This document shows positions 7,183 through 16,572 of a DNA stretch of 64,000 nt, piece after piece. The stretch is from positions 1-64,000 of the forward strand of contig CAWBBV010000007.1 in assembly GCA_963787125.1 (NCBI GenBank), written 5' to 3'. The stretch is from an uncultured delta proteobacterium (GTDB taxonomy: Bacteria > Desulfobacterota > Desulfuromonadia > Geobacterales > DSM-12255). Every line of letters begins with the position of its first letter. Positions within the stretch are counted from its first letter, which is position 1. A program made the position numbers and the translations under genes. Below the pieces are notes generated by a model. The model made no database searches and had not been told where the DNA came from. It worked only from the letters and a program-made list of their open reading frames with translations.

Positions 7183-10159
7183 CATCTTCAAGCTGCTTCT
7201 GCTGGTTCCCCAGGTTTTTGTGCTTTGCTCATGTATGGTTAATGGCAAAGTAGTCATGAGGCCTGAGGATATCATAGCAAATGTTTCAGGTCGGACGGAA
7301 GATCAAGTCATTGCCACCCTGGAAACAAACTTCAACGCATACAAAAATGCAGCAACAGTCGTCAACGATTATCAGTCCGTCATAATTGCGGGGAAAAAAG
7401 CGCAAAGCGCGTTTGAGGATGCTTTTTCACTTTTGGGTGACAAGGATGGCAGCTGGAGAAGTCCGGTCTATGTTAAGAAAGAAGGGAATCAGGCTCCTGT
7501 TGTCAGTGACAAGACTAGAACAAATTTGACCAGGGGATATCTCGCACTCTTGCACAATATGGCGAGGTGGTCGCTGATAGTGAATGATGTGAACGGTTAT
7601 TACAGCTATATGAGCAGGGTTGTATCGCCAGACTCAAAACTTGTCTATTACAATCTGCTGGATTCTTCTCTTGATGGACCAGAGCAACTGGAATTCACGC
7701 TGCTCCACAGCATGGAAACAAGTTATCGATATTTTCAGGAAGGTCATATCGACGAAGCTGTTGCTATTGCCGAAATACTGAAGTTAAGTCTCGACCGAAT
7801 CACCAAGGATAATTCAAGGCTCTGGGATGTAAAGGGGGTGTCATTAGGTGTAACCTATCGTCATTTCTATAATTGCCTGATGTACATGTTGGCGAATTAC
7901 TACGCAATTTCTGGCGACTATACCAAAGCGGAGGATATGGCTAAAAACCTTGTTACACGCAGCAAGGATGCAGATTTATCTGTTCGGGCGTATATGTTGA
8001 TGGCGATTGTAAAGGAGCATTTCAATGAGTCCTACTACGCCAAGGCTTATGTAGAGAAAGCCCTTGGCTTGCTCAAAGAAAATAAAAACAATACGATTCC
8101 AGCCAGTTTCCTGGCATCACTTCCCTATGACTTTATTGATAAATATCTATCGGGAAATTCATGGTTAACCGAGATTTTGGATGCAAGGTATTCGGATAAG
8201 ACGACATCTGCTAATGACATGCCTTTCGGTTATTCAATGTTTGTAAATAACAACATTGATCTTGTTTCCGCCGGTATTTACCGGAGTTTTGGTAAACGTG
8301 ATCAAATGAATCAGTGTTTATCCAGATTTGAAAATGTTTTTACCCTTGACACTGTATTGGCCGTCAACGACTTGGCAATTTACACAAATTTGTTGGCTCG
8401 TGAGAAAGATTGGAACCGGATCATCGGCTTTGTCTGGCCTTTTATCGATGCCGCCGAATATTACCGGGAGATAATCGCCAATTCCAAATACGCTTCTACA
8501 GCTTTTAGCTCGGCTTCTACTTTGTTTGCGAATATGGCGCTTGCTGTTTACACTGCTGACGGGTCACGTCAGGTTGCGGCAGCGATGAATAACTGGCCGG
8601 TAAGCCTGGGTGAAAAAACTTCTGATAAAAACGAGGTAGTTTTTAAAATCATTCAACTGGCAAAGTCTCGCGGCATACTGAATACGCTCGTCAGTAAAAC
8701 AGCCCCGAAACAGTCCGCTAAGCTCTCGGAAGAAGTGAAAGTTTTCGAATCAAATAAGATGCGACTTATGCAGGATACCATCTACAAAACGACGCTTGAA
8801 CAGATCACAAAAGAAATTCTTCCGCATAAAAAAACCGTTCGAGCTGAATGGAAGAATATGAAAAAATCAATAATGGAAAGTGATGGCGGTGGCCTCGCCA
8901 AATCTGAATACAAAGACGTGCGTCTAAGCGCAAACGAAGTATTATTGGAATATTGCGTAGCCGCCGACAGTATCCTCTATTATACGATTGGCGACAGTGC
9001 CTTGAATGTGGGTGTAGTGAATCGAAGCTACGAGCATATACAAAAGATGATTCTGGCATATTACGAAATAGCCCAGAATCCTTTCAATCACATAGCCGAC
9101 GGAAATGCTAAGGATTCACGCGGAGTTAGTATCAAACAGCGCCCATCTTCGGGATATGTTGATGAAAAAACCGTTGCAATTGAGTTGTTGCAGTACCTTA
9201 TTCATCACGCAAAAATAGATACTTCCAAGTTGACACACCTTACTATTTCACCAGACAAAGCTATTGGAATGCTTCCGTTTGATGTGCTTTTACGCCAGTC
9301 CAGCGATCCCGCTATGCAAAAAGTCGATATTTCATATATTCCGTCGGCAACGGTTCTTGCCTTATTGGGGGATAACTTTTCAAAGTTTAGCAGCGATAGC
9401 CTCTTACTAATGGGAGACCCGCTGCCGTTTATCACGTCTGGAACCGACAGCACTGCGCAAGACAGCCAATCAGTTAACAATATCCAAGTGGCTCTGAGAA
9501 GCATTGTTGTTAAGTCCAAAAATCAACCCACGACTTCAGCCTCTAAAGATAAAACTGCTTCCCCCGCACCGTCGCTGTTCGAGAGAATTCCTTATACCGC
9601 TGTGGAAATTCAGCGGATAGACGCTGTCATGAAAGGGAAGGGATTCAAGACCGTTTCCCTGTTGGGCAGCAGTCTCTCAAAGGATAATATTAGAAAGGGC
9701 TTGGCTGGAAAACCAAGAATACTGCATTTTGCTACCCACGGTGTCATGTCCAATGAAATCCCTTATATATTGAATCCAACGCTACTTTTGTCAATGGCTG
9801 AAAGGCCAATTGATACATTCCTGCAATCTTCAGAAATTGAAAAACTCGATCTTTCAGGTACTGACCTGGTGGTGCTTTCCGCCTGTAAGACCGGAATAGA
9901 TGTAACTTTTGACAGTGAGGGAGTTTCCGGTATTGCCAAATCCTTTATGATAGCGGGGGCTAAAAACGTTCTCCTAACTCTGTGGAGCATTGACGACAAG
10001 GCAACAAGCGCCTTCATTGAGCAATTTTATACAGGTATCGCCAATGGTTTGTCTGTGGCTACTGCGCTGACAAACACGAGAAAGCAGTTCATAGCAGCTA
10101 CGGAATATAATCAACCATATTTTTGGGGCGGATTTGCTCTGTTTGGTAGAGGTTATTAG
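7157..10159 (+). CDS. TPR-like + CHAT domain (caspase/HetF-fold cysteine protease), probable lipoprotein
   Basis: C-terminal CHAT motifs ISPDKAIGMLPF, LHFATHG (His), VVLSACKTG (Cys), TLWSIDD, PYFWGGF; likely GTG start 7157 after GGGGAG gives a signal peptide ending in VLCSC. Confidence 0.88.
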   Translation: MKSIKSVNSIFKLLLLVPQVFVLCSCMVNGKVVMRPEDIIANVSGRTEDQVIATLETNFNAYKNAATVVNDYQSVIIAGKKAQSAFEDAFSLLGDKDGSWRSPVYVKKEGNQAPVVSDKTRTNLTRGYLALLHNMARWSLIVNDVNGYYSYMSRVVSPDSKLVYYNLLDSSLDGPEQLEFTLLHSMETSYRYFQEGHIDEAVAIAEILKLSLDRITKDNSRLWDVKGVSLGVTYRHFYNCLMYMLANYYAISGDYTKAEDMAKNLVTRSKDADLSVRAYMLMAIVKEHFNESYYAKAYVEKALGLLKENKNNTIPASFLASLPYDFIDKYLSGNSWLTEILDARYSDKTTSANDMPFGYSMFVNNNIDLVSAGIYRSFGKRDQMNQCLSRFENVFTLDTVLAVNDLAIYTNLLAREKDWNRIIGFVWPFIDAAEYYREIIANSKYASTAFSSASTLFANMALAVYTADGSRQVAAAMNNWPVSLGEKTSDKNEVVFKIIQLAKSRGILNTLVSKTAPKQSAKLSEEVKVFESNKMRLMQDTIYKTTLEQITKEILPHKKTVRAEWKNMKKSIMESDGGGLAKSEYKDVRLSANEVLLEYCVAADSILYYTIGDSALNVGVVNRSYEHIQKMILAYYEIAQNPFNHIADGNAKDSRGVSIKQRPSSGYVDEKTVAIELLQYLIHHAKIDTSKLTHLTISPDKAIGMLPFDVLLRQSSDPAMQKVDISYIPSATVLALLGDNFSKFSSDSLLLMGDPLPFITSGTDSTAQDSQSVNNIQVALRSIVVKSKNQPTTSASKDKTASPAPSLFERIPYTAVEIQRIDAVMKGKGFKTVSLLGSSLSKDNIRKGLAGKPRILHFATHGVMSNEIPYILNPTLLLSMAERPIDTFLQSSEIEKLDLSGTDLVVLSACKTGIDVTFDSEGVSGIAKSFMIAGAKNVLLTLWSIDDKATSAFIEQFYTGIANGLSVATALTNTRKQFIAATEYNQPYFWGGFALFGRGY

Positions 10160-10228
10160 GCAGAAGAGTTTTATAAGTTGCCACGAGCGGAAATAAAAGT
10201 TTGTTTGAAGATTAAATGGAGAATATCC

Positions 10229-11407
10229 ATGACCAAGTTGCTACCATTGGTAACCTTGATTTTCTTTTGCGCCATATCTCCAGTACTCGCCGGAGACTAC
10301 ATCAAAGTAGAATCAGAAGGCATCGCTTGCACAGAAGGCGCTGAGCTGCCGACAGAGGTAGAGCGCCGCGCCGTGGAAGACGCCAAGGAGCGGGCTGTAC
10401 AGCATTCCCTCGATCACCTCCTGAAAAGAATCCATCATGACGATACTAAGCATGAACGCCGCTTGAGAACCGAATACGCTCATGCCCAAGTGGAAGTGGA
10501 GCAGGAGCTGGAGAAGGAATGGACTCAGTCAGGGAAATGTTGCCGGATCCGTCTGTCTTTGGCAGTGCATCCAGCTGAGATTGATGAAACTTGGAATATT
10601 CGAAATGACGGTTCACAAGGGACTATTAATCGCCCAGTGTATGCAAGGGTTGTTGGGTTAGGGCCGGAAGGCAATGCTGGCGCAGTGGCAAAGCAGGAGC
10701 TTGGCGACGCAAAAGTTGTTGCCGGCGGAGATGCTCATTCAGCCGGATCAGAAAAGAGTGCAAAAGCCGCTCCGCCAACTGTCAAGCCACAACCGCCGAA
10801 GGTAATTCAGCAGCCAGCTTCACTCCCTAAAGTTGTCGCTATTAGCTCAGTGAGCAAACCTGCGAATCTAGCTCCGACAGCAGCGAAGACAACTACTGTT
10901 GGGAATGTCAGTAGCAAGGTAAGGAATCCATTAGATTCGCAATATACAAAAATAATGCTAGATCTTTGCGAGTACAATTCTGATTATAATAAAAACCATA
11001 GAGGCGTTGATATTAAGGTGCCAGATGGAAAGAAAGTTTATCCCATTACAAACGGAAAAGTAGTGGAAAATCACAAGGCGAAAAGTATATGTGATCCAAA
11101 GGACTCCTCCTGCTATAATAAGGAGCATTGGAATGCTTGCTTAATAGTTGAGCATGACATTTCAGGGAAGAAGTATTACACATATTATGCACATATTACG
11201 TCAGAATTGGAGAAAGGAGCTGTTGTGTCAGTCGAAAATTCTATAGGCACTACAAATATTGGTCACCTGCACTTATCAGTAAATAAAGAAAATAAAATCA
11301 ACTGGGGATATATTAATGAGGCCAGAAAAGAAGCTTGTGGAGAAATAAAAAATGACGGATGGCTAAGGTTTCAAGACGTGTTCAACCTAACGGGGTATAA
11401 GAAGTAA
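10229..11407 (+). CDS. Exported M23-family metallopeptidase with extra N-terminal domain and Pro/Ala/Thr linker
   Basis: Signal peptide MTKLLPL...VLA; HRGVD (HxxxD), YAHI and GHLHL (HxH) M23 motifs. Confidence 0.75.
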   Translation: MTKLLPLVTLIFFCAISPVLAGDYIKVESEGIACTEGAELPTEVERRAVEDAKERAVQHSLDHLLKRIHHDDTKHERRLRTEYAHAQVEVEQELEKEWTQSGKCCRIRLSLAVHPAEIDETWNIRNDGSQGTINRPVYARVVGLGPEGNAGAVAKQELGDAKVVAGGDAHSAGSEKSAKAAPPTVKPQPPKVIQQPASLPKVVAISSVSKPANLAPTAAKTTTVGNVSSKVRNPLDSQYTKIMLDLCEYNSDYNKNHRGVDIKVPDGKKVYPITNGKVVENHKAKSICDPKDSSCYNKEHWNACLIVEHDISGKKYYTYYAHITSELEKGAVVSVENSIGTTNIGHLHLSVNKENKINWGYINEARKEACGEIKNDGWLRFQDVFNLTGYKK

Positions 11408-11542
11408 CATGAATGCTTGTGAAAATTGGAGTTTTAGTTAATTTCAATAGTTTGAGGCCATTAGTGACGTGGGTGAGAACTGTTTTCGCAGATAGAAGCA
11501 GTAAGTTTTTGAACTGAATAACTATGTCGAACTGAAAAGATG

Positions 11543-11571
11543 TTGACAATTACTCTGTTCTTGCTTATCGT
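11543..11571 (+). promoter_or_regulatory. Sigma70 promoter for rpsU-cvpA-dnaG-rpoD
   Basis: TTGACA-N17-TATCGT. Confidence 0.7.
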
Positions 11572-11638
11572 TAACAGCCTTTGTAAGTAAGACCGGCCTA
11601 CCCTGGTTGGAAATTAAGATAGGGGGGGGTGAATATAA

Positions 11639-11836
11639 ATGCCGGGAATCAAGGTAAAAGAGACCGAGCCGTTTGAGCTAACACTCAAAAAGTTCAAGAA
11701 ACAGTGCGAAAAAGCTGGCATCCTGTCGGATGTCCGTAAACGCGAGCACTTTGAGAAGCCAAGTATCAAAAAGAAGAAAAAGGCTATCGCAGCTCGTAAG
11801 CGCGCACTCAAAAAACAGCGGAAGATGGTTGACTAA
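11639..11836 (+). CDS. rpsU: 30S ribosomal protein S21
   Basis: [27 protein letters not shown]. Confidence 0.97.
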   Translation: MPGIKVKETEPFELTLKKFKKQCEKAGILSDVRKREHFEKPSIKKKKKAIAARKRALKKQRKMVD

Positions 11837-11878
11837 GATCTTGCTGAATTTTGAGTTTGACGCACATTGAAGTGAACT

Positions 11879-11907
11879 AGTAGGGGCGATTTTTAATTGC
11901 CCCTACT
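11879..11907. repeat. GTAG-type REP-like palindrome, possibly also a terminator
   Basis: AGTAGGGGCGAT-TTTTA-ATTGCCCCTACT. Confidence 0.55.
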
Positions 11908-11955
11908 TTAATTTTCAGGGACAGACACCGATACAAATATGATATCGGGGGGCTG

Positions 11956-12495
11956 ATGAATCTTGTAGACATTCTTATCTGGCTGGTTCTGACAGGATTT
12001 GTTGTTAAAGGATTTACTAAGGGTCTTGTCCGCCAGATATGCTCTCTTGCCGGATTTCTGGTTGGTGGGTGGGCAGCCATCAAATACCATCTCTACCTTG
12101 CCGAGGCGAGCCGCCACCTCATTCAACTGCCGCATTATCTGGCAACTATTCTCTCCTTCATCTTAATCTTCCTGGTTGTCGGACTGCTTTTCTTTTTTCT
12201 CGGGCACATTCTGACAATCATGTTCAGAGTTGTTCTGCTCGGGGGCGTCAACAGAATCGGTGGCGTGGCACTGGGGTTTCTGGAAGGAGCTTTTATTGTC
12301 TGCATCTTTCTTTATATGGCCACCAGTAAACCCGTGCCGGAAAAATTTAAAGGTTATGTCCTGCGGTCCAGAACAGCAGAGCCGTTTCTGGATACAGGTA
12401 AAGAGATTGTGTCCGGATGGGGAGGGGTTCCTGATCTGCTCGAATCTTCGCGAACGGTAAAACGAATCAAGCCTCAGGCCGCTGAGAAGGATTAG
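11956..12495 (+). CDS. cvpA: CvpA family membrane protein
   Basis: MNLVDI...KGFTKGLVRQ...NRIGGVALGFLEG; hydrophobic; lies before dnaG. Confidence 0.88.
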   Translation: MNLVDILIWLVLTGFVVKGFTKGLVRQICSLAGFLVGGWAAIKYHLYLAEASRHLIQLPHYLATILSFILIFLVVGLLFFFLGHILTIMFRVVLLGGVNRIGGVALGFLEGAFIVCIFLYMATSKPVPEKFKGYVLRSRTAEPFLDTGKEIVSGWGGVPDLLESSRTVKRIKPQAAEKD

Positions 12496-12500
12496 CAATA

Positions 12501-14249
12501 ATGATGATCCCGGATGAGAAGATTGCTGAGGTTCGGGAACGTGCAGGAATTGTAGAGGTTATTTCAGATTACATCAGTCTGAAGAAATCCGGAGCTAATT
12601 TTCAGGGACTCTGCCCGTTTCACGGTGAAAAGACCCCCTCGTTCAACGTGAATCCTTCCCGTGGTATTTTCCACTGTTTCGGCTGCGGTGTCGGCGGCAA
12701 TGCTCTGACTTTCGTCATGAAGATGGAGGGGATCTCTTTCCCTGAGGCGGTAAAACTTCTTGCCAAGAGGGTTGGTGTGGAGATAGAGGAGCGTCTGCCG
12801 ACTGCTACCGAAATCAGACGGAAGAGTGAGAAGGATGATCAGCTAAAAATAATTGCGCTTGCTGCCGGTTATTACAATACAACTCTTCTGAAGTGCAATG
12901 CGGAGAGTTCGGCTGCGCGCAGGTATCTCACCGGAAGAGGCATCGGGGAGGAGTTTTTTACCTCCTATCGCCTCGGTTACGCTACGGAGAGTTGGGATGG
13001 GTTGACACTTTTCCTTAAACAACAAGGTGTTGCTCTTGAACAGGTCGAAGCCCTTGGCCTGATCAAGCGGAAAAGCAGTGGCAATGGATACTTCGATCTT
13101 TTCAGAAACCGGCTGATGTTTACGATTGCCGATGTGCATGGTCAGCCGATCGGTTTTGGCGGCAGGGTTCTGGACAACTCGCTGCCCAAGTACATAAATT
13201 CGCCGGAGTCGCCGGTTTATCTGAAGAGTGATGTGCTTTTCGGTGCCGATCTGGCGAAGCAGGCGATGCGAGAAGAGCGTTCCGCAATTATTGTCGAAGG
13301 ATATTTTGATCACCTCGCTCTTTATCGAGCCGGGATAAAGAATGTTGTTGCAACTTGCGGCACCTCCCTTACCAGAGGGCATCTCCAGCTGGTAAGGCGT
13401 TACGCCGAAAAGGTATATCTCCTTTTTGACAGCGACGGTGCCGGTAAAAAAGCTACCTTGCGGGCAATGGAACTCTTGCTTGCGGAACAGATGCCCTGTT
13501 TTGTCATAGAACTTTCCGAAGGCGATGACCCGGACAGTTACCTGGTAAAGCATTCAGTTGAAGAATTTAATGATCTGCTGAAGCGGGCCCGGCCAGTGCT
13601 GGATTATTATCTGCGGGAGCTGGTATCACAAGAGGATACCGGTACTGTTGCCGGGAAGAAAGCCGTAATCGATCAGTTCAGGCCGTATCTGCAGAAATCA
13701 ACTGATGCCGTTGAGCGCGGACTTTACCAGCGAGAACTTTCAAGGCTTCTAGCAGTTGATGTCAGAACTCTCGGAATGGAAAGTACCAACGTGGAAGCGA
13801 AGCTCCAAAAAGCTTCAGTTCCCCGGGTTGTTGTCGGAACTGCGGAGTCCCTGGTGGCGCTACTCTTCAGATACCCGGCAATTGCAGACGAATTCAGAAG
13901 CTCCGGTACAGAGAATCTTCTGCCTTCAGGGCTACGTGTCGCAGCCGCAAAAATAATTGAAGCTGTAGTGACAGGTGTAAGCATTGAGCCGACCGACATA
14001 ATAGCGGCAGCCGGTGAGGGTTTAAACGCCTTGGCCGCTCTTCTGATAGATGATTCGCATTTGGCTGATATCGATCCATTCAAGGCGTTGCATGATTTTC
14101 GCAATGCTCTTGAACGGGAGTCTCTGAAAGCGTCTGACGCCAAGAACCTGCGCAGGGAGTTGCTCCAGCTTGACTCGGATTCTCCGCGCTATTGGGAGAT
14201 ACTTGCAACACTTAATGACTTGCGAAACAGAAAATCGCAATTATCATAA
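12501..14249 (+). CDS. dnaG: DNA primase
   Basis: CPFHGEKTPSF zinc ribbon, KYINSPES, VEGYFD, FDSDGAG. Confidence 0.98.
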   Translation: MMIPDEKIAEVRERAGIVEVISDYISLKKSGANFQGLCPFHGEKTPSFNVNPSRGIFHCFGCGVGGNALTFVMKMEGISFPEAVKLLAKRVGVEIEERLPTATEIRRKSEKDDQLKIIALAAGYYNTTLLKCNAESSAARRYLTGRGIGEEFFTSYRLGYATESWDGLTLFLKQQGVALEQVEALGLIKRKSSGNGYFDLFRNRLMFTIADVHGQPIGFGGRVLDNSLPKYINSPESPVYLKSDVLFGADLAKQAMREERSAIIVEGYFDHLALYRAGIKNVVATCGTSLTRGHLQLVRRYAEKVYLLFDSDGAGKKATLRAMELLLAEQMPCFVIELSEGDDPDSYLVKHSVEEFNDLLKRARPVLDYYLRELVSQEDTGTVAGKKAVIDQFRPYLQKSTDAVERGLYQRELSRLLAVDVRTLGMESTNVEAKLQKASVPRVVVGTAESLVALLFRYPAIADEFRSSGTENLLPSGLRVAAAKIIEAVVTGVSIEPTDIIAAAGEGLNALAALLIDDSHLADIDPFKALHDFRNALERESLKASDAKNLRRELLQLDSDSPRYWEILATLNDLRNRKSQLS

Positions 14250-14315
14250 TAGAATGCTTCACAAGAAAGTATTCACGTTTAAATTAATCTATCCGCCTTC
14301 AACAAGGGGAATTTC

Positions 14316-16076
14316 ATGGCAAAAAAGAGCATCGAAGAGGTTAAGCAGCTGATAGACATGGGGAAAGAGAAGGGGTTTCTTACCTATGAAGAGGTTAATG
14401 ACCTTCTCCCCCCTGATATTGTCTCCTCAGAACAGATTGATGATGTAATGAGCATGTTTGGCGAACTGGAAATCGAGATTGTCGATTCTGTCCAGAAAGT
14501 TAAGCTCCCCAAGGCTAAGCTTGATCTGGAGGATGATGAAGAATCCGAGGGTGAGCAGGAAGAGCAGGAGTTTGAGCCCGGGGCGCTTGGGCGGACAAGT
14601 GACCCGGTCAGGATGTATCTGCGCGAAATGGGTTCAGTCTCCCTCCTCACCCGTGAAGGTGAGGTTGAGATTGCCAAGAGGATCGAAGAAGGGGAGCGGG
14701 ATGTTGCCGGGGTTATACTTAACACGCCGATAACACTCAAGGAGATGGTAGCCCTTGGTGATCGCCTCAGAAAATTCCAGATAAGTGGCTCTGATATAAG
14801 TAAAGAGGTTGAGGAAGAGCAGTTGGAGGAGGATGAAGAGGATCATCAGCGTAACCGCCTTCTGGAGGTAATGGATGAGATCCGCGACATTGATACACGG
14901 ATGGATGTTATTATCGCCGAACAGGACTCTGACTCACTCAGTGGTGAGGTTGCCGGTAGTCTGTTTGCGGAGAAGGATGCCCTCAAGGTCCGTCTTGCCG
15001 AACTGGTGAAATCGCTCCGCTTGAAAGATCGCCATGTAGAGAAGATATCACTGCGATTGAAAGAGCTCTCCGGGAAGGTCGACCGGATTATGAGGGAAGT
15101 TGCTGAGTTCGAACGTGAAGCTGCTGTTTCGGTAGGAATTTTTTCAGCTTTTTTGACTGATCCTGAAAGACAGAAGGATGCTTGTCGCGCCTTTATTGAA
15201 TCTTTGCAGCTCCCTGAAGAAGAGTCAGGGCGGTTGGAGAAAAAGCTGACAGGTTTGGAAAAGAAATTGAAGAAGGTGGAGGATGAATCCGGGTTTAAGG
15301 CGTGTGAACTTTCTCAAGCTCTTACGGCTGTTGAAAGAGGCGAGTGGCGAGCAAAACTGGCAAAGTCTGAACTGGTGGAGGCAAACCTGAGACTTGTTGT
15401 TTCCATTGCCAAGAAGTACACAAATCGTGGGTTACAGTTCCTTGACTTGATTCAGGAAGGAAATATCGGCCTGATGAAGGCAGTTGACAAATTCGAGTAT
15501 CAGCGCGGATACAAATTCTCTACCTATGCGACTTGGTGGATCAGGCAGGCAATAACAAGAGCGATTGCTGATCAGGCAAGAACAATCCGGATTCCGGTGC
15601 ATATGATTGAGACTATAAACAAGCTGATCCGCACCAGCCGTCAGCTTGTTCAGGAAATCGGTCGTGAGCCGTCTCCGGAAGAGATTGCCGAGCGGATGCA
15701 ACTCCCCCTTGACAAGGTACGTAAAGTTCTAAAAATTGCAAAAGAACCGATTTCACTGGAAACCCCTATTGGCGAAGAAGAGGACTCACACCTTGGCGAC
15801 TTCATCGAAGACAAAGGTGTCGTCTCCCCGCTGGAAGCTGTTATAAAGGCAAATCTGACTGAGCAGACAGCGCGGGTACTGGCAACACTCACTCCACGAG
15901 AGGAGAAGGTTCTCCGGATGCGTTTTGGCATTGGTGAAAAGAGCGATCATACGCTTGAGGAAGTCGGCCAGGACTTTGAAGTCACCCGTGAGCGGATACG
16001 GCAGATAGAGGCAAAGGCACTCCGGAAACTGCGCCATCCAAGCAGAGCCAAGAAGCTGAAAAGTTTTGTTGAATAA
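14316..16076 (+). CDS. rpoD: RNA polymerase primary sigma factor
   Basis: Region 1.1, [44 protein letters not shown]. Confidence 0.98.
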   Translation: MAKKSIEEVKQLIDMGKEKGFLTYEEVNDLLPPDIVSSEQIDDVMSMFGELEIEIVDSVQKVKLPKAKLDLEDDEESEGEQEEQEFEPGALGRTSDPVRMYLREMGSVSLLTREGEVEIAKRIEEGERDVAGVILNTPITLKEMVALGDRLRKFQISGSDISKEVEEEQLEEDEEDHQRNRLLEVMDEIRDIDTRMDVIIAEQDSDSLSGEVAGSLFAEKDALKVRLAELVKSLRLKDRHVEKISLRLKELSGKVDRIMREVAEFEREAAVSVGIFSAFLTDPERQKDACRAFIESLQLPEEESGRLEKKLTGLEKKLKKVEDESGFKACELSQALTAVERGEWRAKLAKSELVEANLRLVVSIAKKYTNRGLQFLDLIQEGNIGLMKAVDKFEYQRGYKFSTYATWWIRQAITRAIADQARTIRIPVHMIETINKLIRTSRQLVQEIGREPSPEEIAERMQLPLDKVRKVLKIAKEPISLETPIGEEEDSHLGDFIEDKGVVSPLEAVIKANLTEQTARVLATLTPREEKVLRMRFGIGEKSDHTLEEVGQDFEVTRERIRQIEAKALRKLRHPSRAKKLKSFVE

Positions 16077-16077
16077 T

Positions 16078-16116
16078 GAAAAAGGCCGTAGCTGTTTTCA
16101 GCTGCGGCCTTTTTTA
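16078..16116 (+). terminator. Intrinsic terminator after rpoD
   Basis: AAAAGGCCGTAGCTG-TTTT-CAGCTGCGGCCTTTTTT. Confidence 0.85.
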
Positions 16117-16572
16117 TTGACCATATTATTGAATCTACCCATTTACACTTTCTCTATAAATTGGTAATTTGTTGCCGTGAGTAAATATTGTCAATCTGAT
16201 TTTAAGTGCACTGCCCAACTGAATAAGTGAAGTTGATGTATTTAAAGGGATTATTGACATAAGTGCCCGTTAAGTGATAGTAGGGATTATGGGTGCGGTG
16301 GACAAGAAAATGGAGTATATTGCACATAAGTGATAATATTACCCTTACCTGCCGGATTCACTACAAGAGCATAAATGCCTATGCAGCCGTTTTGACAAGG
16401 CTCTTCTTGACAGAGTTGACTCCCTCATGGTGACAGCATTTTAGGAGTATTAGTGGTAAAAGGCAAAATCGAGACGATTGAGTCTGTGCGCTTAAGTCGC
16501 TCCGCTTACAGCTGATATTTATGATTAAAACTATAATAATTGCAGCATTAATTACCTCTCTTGGGGGCAAAG

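Noticed and set aside
4178..11540. Island as prophage or integrative element
   Set aside because: No integrase, tRNA target, flanking direct repeats or phage genes were seen.
16080..16560. tRNA or riboswitch after rpoD
   Set aside because: No cloverleaf/T-loop signature or recognisable riboswitch core was seen by eye; an Infernal scan would settle it.
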